From: an uncultured Gammaproteobacteria bacterium
GTDB lineage: Bacteria; Patescibacteriota; Patescibacteriia; Patescibacteriales; UBA12465
Reading direction: 5' to 3'
Assembly: GCA_964587195.1 (NCBI GenBank)
Contig: CAZPKN010000001.1
Coordinates: forward strand, 341-64,340
Length of the DNA: 64,000 bases
Both the position numbers and the translations under genes were made by a program. Each line of letters opens with the position of its first letter. Within the stretch, counting starts at the first letter, position 1. The notes under the pieces were generated by a model, which was given only the letters and a program-made list of their open reading frames with translations, made no database searches and was not told the origin of the DNA. This document shows, piece by piece, positions 57,621-64,000 of the stretch.

Positions 57621-58010
57621 CTATAACAACAAAATTATATTTGCCGTTATAGCAGCATAAAAAATTATTACTGCCAATACTCTGGCTCTTGGCCTTTGGG
57701 CCCAGGCAGCGGCAGCAACAAAAGCCGCAGCACTAGCCGATATTACGGCAGTCATTGCCGCTAAAGTATCAGCTGCGAAGACTCCCATAAGAGAGCTCGC
57801 CACTAAAGCAGCGAAAGCTGCCATTGCTACGATGGCGGCAGCATCAGATTGGTTTTTTTTATAAAGCCAGCCTGACGCTAGCATACTTATCACTGCAGCC
57901 ATGCTGCAGAATGCTGAAGCGGGCGCTCCTGTCGATAATATGATAGATTGCGCACTAACATAACCCGCAGCCCAAAAAGCTGCCAATAAAATAAAAATAA
58001 TCTTTTTCAT
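57621..58010 (-). CDS. Ala-rich small membrane protein (hypothetical)
   Basis: Signal/TM N-terminus, then 3-4 hydrophobic Ala-rich helices. Preceded by copy 2 of the conserved ~115-bp upstream element. Confidence 0.4.
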   Translation of the reverse strand: MKKIIFILLAAFWAAGYVSAQSIILSTGAPASAFCSMAAVISMLASGWLYKKNQSDAAAIVAMAAFAALVASSLMGVFAADTLAAMTAVISASAAAFVAAAAWAQRPRARVLAVIIFYAAITANIILLL

Positions 58011-58045
58011 TTTTCTTTACCGCTCCTAACGGCTTTTTTAATTTA

Positions 58046-58160
58046 GTTAAACATAGAATAATTACTAGTTTGGCTAATATTAGTAAAACTAGTACTTATT
58101 CCATGCTAACCGTCTTGTCAAAGAACGCTATTATTTACATAACAAATAATTATATCATAT
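58046..58160 (-). promoter_or_regulatory. conserved ~115-bp upstream element (copy 2), about 85% identical to 43791-43908
   Basis: Direct alignment with copy 1. Carries the same TTGACA / inverted-repeat arrangement. Confidence 0.55.
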
Positions 58161-58257
58161 TTATAGCTTAATGTCAATAGTTTTGCGCATCAAGAAAAAG
58201 CGTTGATTATAAAAAAACAACCAATCTACTAATAGGAAGATAATGGCTGTTTTCTAG

Positions 58258-58329
58258 TGTCCCCGCCGGGAGTCGAACCTGGATCTAGAACTTAGGAGGT
58301 TCTTGTTCTATCCATTGAACTACGAGGAC
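58258..58329 (-). tRNA. tRNA-Arg (anticodon CCT)
   Basis: Reverse complement GTCCTCGTAGTTCAATGGATAGAACAAGAACCTCCTAAGTTCTAGATCCAGGTTCGACTCCCGGCGGGGACA. One A·C mismatch in the T-stem as drawn. Confidence 0.7.
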
Positions 58330-58479
58330 GTTTTGACGTGTCTCCTTTATTCTACCTTAAGGAATCCATTATTTCAATCATCTTTTACTTAACTATTTTA
58401 ACTTGTTTTTACTTTGACAATTGCCTCATCTTAACCTAAAATAACAGTATAAAATTAACTTAAATTTTATTACAACCAT

Positions 58480-58884
58480 ATGTTCAGCAAAGAAACTAGG
58501 CTGGAAAAATTCAAAGATGCCGAAACCATCATCGGGGCTTCCATTAAGGTCAAAGGAAATTTCCAGGGACAGGGTAACATTATTATCGAAGGAACCTTAG
58601 AGGGTTCGCTAAAAACTAATGCCAATCTTTTCATCGGAGAAAAAGCGAAAGTAATTGCCAACGTTGAAGCAAAAGATGCTATCGTCAATGGAGAACTACG
58701 CGGCAACCTGAAGACTAAAGGTTATTTAGCTTTAGGTGGAAGCGCTAAAATATTCGGCGACATCCAATATGGAGAATTATCTGTCGAAAGGGGCGCTTCT
58801 ATCAACGGACAATTATTAGCTAACGGCGAGAACAACCACCGAGAAGCTAAGCGGGAAGAAAAGGCTGAAGAAGTCATCAAATAA
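58480..58884 (+). CDS. bactofilin-family cytoskeletal protein
   Basis: Repetitive beta-helical DUF583 pattern (KGNFQGQGNIIIEGTLEGSLKTNANLFIGEKAKVIANVEAKDAIVNGELRGNL...). Confidence 0.75.
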   Translation: MFSKETRLEKFKDAETIIGASIKVKGNFQGQGNIIIEGTLEGSLKTNANLFIGEKAKVIANVEAKDAIVNGELRGNLKTKGYLALGGSAKIFGDIQYGELSVERGASINGQLLANGENNHREAKREEKAEEVIK

Positions 58885-58896
58885 AACGGAGCTTTT

Positions 58897-59634
58897 ATGC
58901 ACGTCTATATTTACGACGATTATTTGAATAAGTCCAAATATAACCGAGCTATTAACAAATTGGAAATTCGTCTAACCGATCTTGGCTTAAATGGAAAGAT
59001 TATCAGACTAGGGGGAATAAAAAACATTCGAGGAACTATCCAGCATGAGATAAAATTAGGAGCGAAAACTATTGTCGCTGTCGGCAATAACCAAACTGTT
59101 AACAAAATCATCGGAGCGATTATTGATACGGAAATATATAGTGATTTTCAGAAAAAAACCTTATTAGGGCTTATTCCTATCGGCGATGACAATTCTATCG
59201 CCGCTTCTTTTGGAATAAAAAATGTTGATGAGGCCTGCAATATTTTACTAGCGAGAAGGATAGAAAAAATCGATCTCGGCCTGGTCGGGCAATATTATTT
59301 TCTCAATCATGCGTCCATCCAGAGCTTAGGCACTCAAATCGCGATTGATGATTATACTCTAGAAATAAGCGAGAGAGGGGAAGTTAAAATAATTAATCTT
59401 TTAAGCGATACTAAAGAAAAAATAAAATCGAATCCGCATGATGGAAAATTAGATGTCCTAATTAAAACGCGTAAAAAAGATGAGTCGATTATTACTGTGA
59501 AAAAATTAACGATTACTAATCCTCAAGAAAAACTAATAGTCGACGATGTCGTCGAAATTAATACTCCGGTTGAAGTTGGTATTATGAAAGATAAGGTAAG
59601 CGTGATTGTCGGTAAAAATCGCTTGTTTGAATAA
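58897..59634 (+). CDS. diacylglycerol-kinase catalytic-domain-like protein (YegS/BmrU-like; GGDG motif degenerate)
   Basis: AVGNNQTVNKIIGAI...LGLIPIGDDNSIAASFGI parallels DAGK_cat AVGGDGTVNEV...LGxIPxGTGNDFAR but with GNNQT replacing GGDGT. Confidence 0.45.
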   Translation: MHVYIYDDYLNKSKYNRAINKLEIRLTDLGLNGKIIRLGGIKNIRGTIQHEIKLGAKTIVAVGNNQTVNKIIGAIIDTEIYSDFQKKTLLGLIPIGDDNSIAASFGIKNVDEACNILLARRIEKIDLGLVGQYYFLNHASIQSLGTQIAIDDYTLEISERGEVKIINLLSDTKEKIKSNPHDGKLDVLIKTRKKDESIITVKKLTITNPQEKLIVDDVVEINTPVEVGIMKDKVSVIVGKNRLFE

Positions 59635-59687
59635 TCTCTCGCTTTAAAATATTTCTTGAAATTACTATTTTTCATTCTAATAAAAAA

Positions 59688-59810
59688 GACCGACTTAAAC
59701 GGGTAGGCAAGAAAATTTCTTCTAGGCACCTTCGAGCACAATGCCGGAAAAATCCTAACAAGAAAATCCCCATGCTTGTCGTGCCTGACCCGTTTAAAGC
59801 GGTCTTTTAT
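59688..59810. ncRNA. candidate structured RNA / complex bidirectional terminator (~117-nt long-range hairpin plus T-tract)
   Basis: 5' gaccgacttaaacgggt...acccgtttaaagcggtc 3' closing stem with inner gaggcac/gtgcct pairing. Lies between convergent genes. No family identifiable by eye. Confidence 0.3.
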
Positions 59811-60013
59811 ATTTACTGTCATTCTTAAACAACTGATTACTATATCATAAGTTATTACTGTTGTCAATAGTTTTATCCACAGATTAGTAACAAAGAGCAC
59901 GGTCTATAAAACCTCGGATTCACCCGAGGTTTTATTGTTTAATATTAGGAAATTTTTATGAAAAGTGGTAATCTTTTCTAAAGCTTATCTTAATGAAGCC
60001 ATCGCTACTTGTT

Positions 60014-62059
60014 TTAAACCTTAATAACTACCGGCAAAACCATTGGGCGCCTCTTAGTCGTTTTAAATAAGAATTGACCGATATCGTTCCTGATTTTATT
60101 TTTAATATAATCATCATCAGCGGCTGTCATCGGATTCTTATCTTTGACAATTGTTTTGACCTTAGCACGAGTTTTTTCAATTAAATCGCGGCTCTCTTTC
60201 ATATAGATAAATCCGCGCGAAATAATATCGGGGTTGCCGATTATTGATCCGGTTTTAGAATCAATGGTCGCAATAATAACAATCATGCCGTCATCAGACA
60301 TTAAACGTCTGTCGCGCAAAACAACTTCTGAGACATCGCCTACTCCAAGGCCATCAACCATCACATAGTCTGTATTGGCTTTTTCTTTAAGAACAAGCGG
60401 CTTTTGATTTTTTTGAAAACGGAGAATCTGTCCATTATCAAGAACAAAAACCTGTTCATCTTTAAAGCCTTGCCGAAGCGCTAATTTTTTAGCTTCAACC
60501 AACATATAATGATTGGCGTAAACTGGTAAAAAATAATCCGGCTTAACCTGGCTTAAAATATTTTTAATGTCCTCCGCATTAGCATGGCCGCCGGAATGGA
60601 CATCCATGATACTGCTATGGATAACATGATCGCTTAAGCGGTATAGCTGATCTTTTATTTTTTGGATAGAGCGTTCGTTGCCGGGAATAATCGAAGAGGA
60701 AAAAACGACCGTATCTGACTTTTTAATATTAATATAACGATGATTGCCGTTAACTATTCTAGAAAAAACGGCGTTTGGTTCGCCCTGCGCGCCTGTACAA
60801 ATGACGACAATCTTATTTTCTGGATAATCATGGACTTGTTCGACTGGGATAAGAGTATTCTTATGAGCGGCGATATAGCCTAATTCTTGGGCAATTTTAA
60901 CATTAATCTTCATGCCGTATCCATCCAGGGCTACTTTTTTACCGATTTTTTCAGCATAAGCAATTAAACTAGAAACTCTTTCTAGCTGGGAAGCAAATGT
61001 GCCGATAATCACCCGTCCTTGAGCCTCTCTAATAATCATTTCTAAGTTCGCTAAAGTTGTTTTCGTTGAAACTCGTTCCTTAGAATAGGCGACTCCTAGA
61101 CTTTCTAGCATCAAAATACGCGGCGCCGGCAGGGAAGCGAGGTGTTTGTAATCAACTACGCCAGACCCATTATCATCATATTCTATCATCCAGTCGCCAG
61201 GATGGATAACGGTTCCATGCGGAGTCTTAATAATTACGCCGACGGCATCAACAATAGAATGCTCGACTTGAAAAAAACTAATTTTAAACTTACCAAGCGC
61301 TATTTCTTGATTAAGGGAGTTTATCGTAATGGTTTTTAAATTCTTAGTTGTGCCTTTTTTATAATCTTCTTGTCGATGTTTAATCATCGCTAAAGTAAGC
61401 TTGCGTCCGACAATAGGCGGATTACCTAATTGCTCCAGTAATATCGGGGCTGCCCCGATATGATCAAGATGACCATGACTAAAAATAACCCCGCGGATAT
61501 TTTTTTTCTTATTTTTTAAATAATCAACGTTAGGTACTATATAATCGACTCCCGGCATATCTTCATCGGCAAACTGCATCCCCATATCAAGAATGATTAT
61601 ATCGTCTTCATATTCAAAAATGGTGCAGTTGCGTCCGACCTCCTCTTGCCCGCCCAGAGGAATAATCCTTAAAGATGCTTCTGAAATATTTTTACCGCCG
61701 GAAAAAGATGGCTTAGAAACAGTTTTTACAGGAGCTAAATTTCTCTTATTAATAAACGTCGGCTTGTCTCCAAGCTTCGAACGATTAGAGGTCGAAAAAT
61801 TTTTTTTACCGGTTTGATAGTTTTTTTTATCTCCCGAATAACGGTTATTCTGGCGGTTCACATTAACCGGGGATGATTTAATAATCGATGGACGCTTTCC
61901 GCCGCCGACTATCATATCGGAAGCTAAAAAAGCCTCCAGTCCGCGACTGGATGCCGGTACCGACCCTTGAGGGGCGGCTTTCTTTTGAGTGGCGTTGAAA
62001 TTTTTTGTTCCAACAAACCTTTTCCGAGCATTATTCGGATTTGATTGCTTAACTAGCAT
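60014..62059 (-). CDS. rnj: ribonuclease J (metallo-beta-lactamase/beta-CASP RNase) with basic N-terminal extension
   Basis: HGHLDHIGAAP motif (GVIFSHGHLDHIGA), beta-CASP region, about 560-aa core, preceded by a ~120-aa Lys/Arg/Asn-rich extension. Confidence 0.8.
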   Translation of the reverse strand: MLVKQSNPNNARKRFVGTKNFNATQKKAAPQGSVPASSRGLEAFLASDMIVGGGKRPSIIKSSPVNVNRQNNRYSGDKKNYQTGKKNFSTSNRSKLGDKPTFINKRNLAPVKTVSKPSFSGGKNISEASLRIIPLGGQEEVGRNCTIFEYEDDIIILDMGMQFADEDMPGVDYIVPNVDYLKNKKKNIRGVIFSHGHLDHIGAAPILLEQLGNPPIVGRKLTLAMIKHRQEDYKKGTTKNLKTITINSLNQEIALGKFKISFFQVEHSIVDAVGVIIKTPHGTVIHPGDWMIEYDDNGSGVVDYKHLASLPAPRILMLESLGVAYSKERVSTKTTLANLEMIIREAQGRVIIGTFASQLERVSSLIAYAEKIGKKVALDGYGMKINVKIAQELGYIAAHKNTLIPVEQVHDYPENKIVVICTGAQGEPNAVFSRIVNGNHRYINIKKSDTVVFSSSIIPGNERSIQKIKDQLYRLSDHVIHSSIMDVHSGGHANAEDIKNILSQVKPDYFLPVYANHYMLVEAKKLALRQGFKDEQVFVLDNGQILRFQKNQKPLVLKEKANTDYVMVDGLGVGDVSEVVLRDRRLMSDDGMIVIIATIDSKTGSIIGNPDIISRGFIYMKESRDLIEKTRAKVKTIVKDKNPMTAADDDYIKNKIRNDIGQFLFKTTKRRPMVLPVVIKV

Positions 62060-62180
62060 AGTTTTTTATCCGCCAGCGTTTCGATATTTCCTAATATGCT
62101 AAGCAAAAGGCTAATAGGCGATAGGGCGGACTGATTTAATTTTATGAGTTTATCACCTGGAGATAGCTGAAAATAGCTAA

Positions 62181-63971
62181 CTACCAGATTAATTTAGTTT
62201 TGGTTTTCAAGTACCAATCAGCGACAGTCGCAAAGCGATCCGATGGCTCTACAAGCGTGGTTGCCTGGAAACCATGAACCTTTTTACTTTGTACGTAAGT
62301 ATAGGTAGGTGAATAAAGGAAAATGGCCGGTAAATTGCTAGCGATATTTTCCTGAAATTTTTTGTATTTTGTTATCCTCTCTGTCAGGTTGGCAGTCTCC
62401 CGCCCTTCAGTTAAAAGCGTGTCCGCTTCAGCATTGTTATAACTCGCGATATTTAAACCGCCCGCCTTGGCTTGGCTGGAATGCCAAAAAGCATAAACAT
62501 CTGGATCAGCCCCAACTGCTTGACCATAAAAAATTATTTCAAAATCGCGACCCTTAACAACTTCCGCGGCTTTTTCACTAGCAATAATTTTTAATTCAAC
62601 CGCGACGCCGATGCTTTCCCAATATTGTTTAATCTTTTCGGCAACAGCAACATTACGTCCTGAGTCAACAACAGTCAGGCTAGTAGAGGCTAATTTATTT
62701 TTAATATTATTAGCCGCTTCTTCCGGATTATAGCCATATCGGATTATCTCGTTGTTGTATGCATAATTATTTTTCAAGATAGGTCCGTCTTCTGAACGAT
62801 AGGCCCCATCAAAAATATCTTTGATAAGCTGTTCTTTATCGATTGCCTGGGCTAAAGAAATTCGAGCGGTTTTGTCGCCGAGCGCCTTATCTTTTTCAAA
62901 ATTAAAGAAGAGGCCAAAGACCTGCGGGCGAGCCAGCTCATGAAAAAAGAGCGAGTCCTTAGCAATTAATTCCTGCCTTTCATTAAGAGGCAAATAGCCC
63001 AATCCATCTATCTGGTTATCATTCAAAGCTTTAATGGCTTCTGTATAATTAACAAAGAATTTAAACTTAATATTTTTTATATAAGGCTTCTGGCTATAAT
63101 ATTCATCATTAACCGCTAAATTATATTCTTTAATTTCGCCATCTTTATTCTTAACTAAAGACTTAAATTTATACAAACCTGATCCAATTGGCTTAAGATT
63201 TAGCTCTGACAAAATAGCCGAACCAGGGACAACTTTTTCCCAAACGTTTTTTGGCAATATGCCAAAAGTTAAATTGCTCAAAAAAGGAGCATACGGAGAG
63301 CTTAGAGAAATTTTAAGAGTAAAGTCGTCGACTCTTTCTAGCTCGGCGCCACTAAAAATATTTTTTAAAGGGGAGCGGTATTCCTCATTCTTGATAGCGC
63401 TAATAGTAAAAATAACATCATCAATGGTTAAGCTCTCGCCATTATGCCATTTAACGCCTTCTTTTATTTTAAAAATATATTCCGTATTTCCATTAATAGA
63501 ATATTCGGCAACCAAATCATTGACTAGTTCTCCTTCGCCGTTATAGCGGAATAAGCTCGAATAAATTAAACGACTTAAATCACTATCAATGTCCCGATTA
63601 ACGGCATAAAGCGGGTTAATTGCCTTCGGATAAGCAATAACGCCTTCAATGTATTCCCCTCCTACGAGCGGGGAGTAGCTTAAATGCTTTTTAAAAAAAG
63701 CGACGCCCAAATAAGCAGCGTTAACAATAATGAGCAAAAGACAGATTTTGATTATTAAATATTCCCTAGGATTCAAGAAACGGTGTAAATGTTTAAGTTG
63801 CTGTCCGCTAGGAATCTTTTTAGGAGACAAATCATAAACTAGCTTTTGATCAACATTAATATGGTTAAAATTTTTTCTTTTAGAAAAATGTTTCCCAAAT
63901 ATGCCAAAAAACGACCAAAGATAATTGGTAATTTTTTTAAAAAAGTTTGTTTTGCGCTTGAATAAGTTCAC
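62181..63971 (-). CDS. ABC transporter substrate-binding protein, family 5 (peptide/nickel-type)
   Basis: N-terminal TM anchor. About 550-aa SBP_bac_5-like domain. Confidence 0.55.
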   Translation of the reverse strand: MNLFKRKTNFFKKITNYLWSFFGIFGKHFSKRKNFNHINVDQKLVYDLSPKKIPSGQQLKHLHRFLNPREYLIIKICLLLIIVNAAYLGVAFFKKHLSYSPLVGGEYIEGVIAYPKAINPLYAVNRDIDSDLSRLIYSSLFRYNGEGELVNDLVAEYSINGNTEYIFKIKEGVKWHNGESLTIDDVIFTISAIKNEEYRSPLKNIFSGAELERVDDFTLKISLSSPYAPFLSNLTFGILPKNVWEKVVPGSAILSELNLKPIGSGLYKFKSLVKNKDGEIKEYNLAVNDEYYSQKPYIKNIKFKFFVNYTEAIKALNDNQIDGLGYLPLNERQELIAKDSLFFHELARPQVFGLFFNFEKDKALGDKTARISLAQAIDKEQLIKDIFDGAYRSEDGPILKNNYAYNNEIIRYGYNPEEAANNIKNKLASTSLTVVDSGRNVAVAEKIKQYWESIGVAVELKIIASEKAAEVVKGRDFEIIFYGQAVGADPDVYAFWHSSQAKAGGLNIASYNNAEADTLLTEGRETANLTERITKYKKFQENIASNLPAIFLYSPTYTYVQSKKVHGFQATTLVEPSDRFATVADWYLKTKTKLIW

Positions 63972-64000
63972 AGATCTTTTAGTTGCCCTTGTTTTCGCTT

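Noticed and set aside
59688-59810. SRP RNA (4.5S) identity for the long hairpin
   Set aside because: The apical region lacks the conserved helix-8 GGAA tetraloop/AGCAG-CAGG motifs on inspection. It is left as an unclassified candidate.
59523-59900. 125-aa minus-strand ORF
   Set aside because: It overlaps the 3' end of the DAGK-like gene and the long hairpin structure. No motif found. Likely spurious.

Overview
This is an AT-rich window of about 64 kb with short genes and no rRNA. It reads like a reduced-genome, CPR/Patescibacteria-like bacterium. That guess rests on composition and on the tandem TrbC/VirB2-like small pilin genes, not on any search. Housekeeping content: rpsF (5' partial)-ssb-rpsR, efp, rpsD, rplS, smc, comM/yifB, lspA, lgt, tsaE, trxB, ppsA, RNase J, bactofilin, MFS/EamA transporters, and a glycan-related cluster (GT2, GH-A hydrolase, GT-B transferase). 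There are eight tRNAs: Ser, Asp, Val, Leu-GAG, Leu-TAG, Gly, Ala, Arg. Two accessory signals stand out. (1) An expanded type I R-M / prr-like defence island at ~4.2-17.5 kb. It carries an Xis-like HTH, hsdM, a three-gene insert (ABC/AAA_21-type ATPase, small membrane Zn-ribbon protein, 342-aa unknown), hsdS with a 12-bp x4 in-frame repeat, a PrrC-like anticodon nuclease, a Bro-N-Fic protein and hsdR. An HNH endonuclease and a DUF2779 PD-(D/E)xK nuclease follow. The three genes wedged between hsdM and hsdS are the best candidate for an undescribed defence module. (2) A family of GC-rich modules (~150-270 bp) sits immediately downstream of five different tRNA genes (Ser, Asp, Val, Gly, Ala). The modules are mutually related and lie single or in tandem. 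The Asp, Val, Gly and Ala modules carry a near-perfect 20-bp palindrome CCTGCCTGCCGGCAGGCAGG; the Ser module has only a diverged remnant. Each module ends in a 12-20 nt copy of that tRNA's 3' end plus a copy of its terminator. At tRNA-Asp the modules flank a class II Fic gene, making a small island. Other repeats noted: six tandem pilin-like paralogs plus a Cys-rich relative, a ~115-bp conserved promoter/operator element shared by two distant membrane/lipoprotein genes, and an 18-bp palindrome TTGTTCCTTAAGGAACAA present three times. No CRISPR array was found. Every call is from reading the sequence and translations by eye; none is search-verified.
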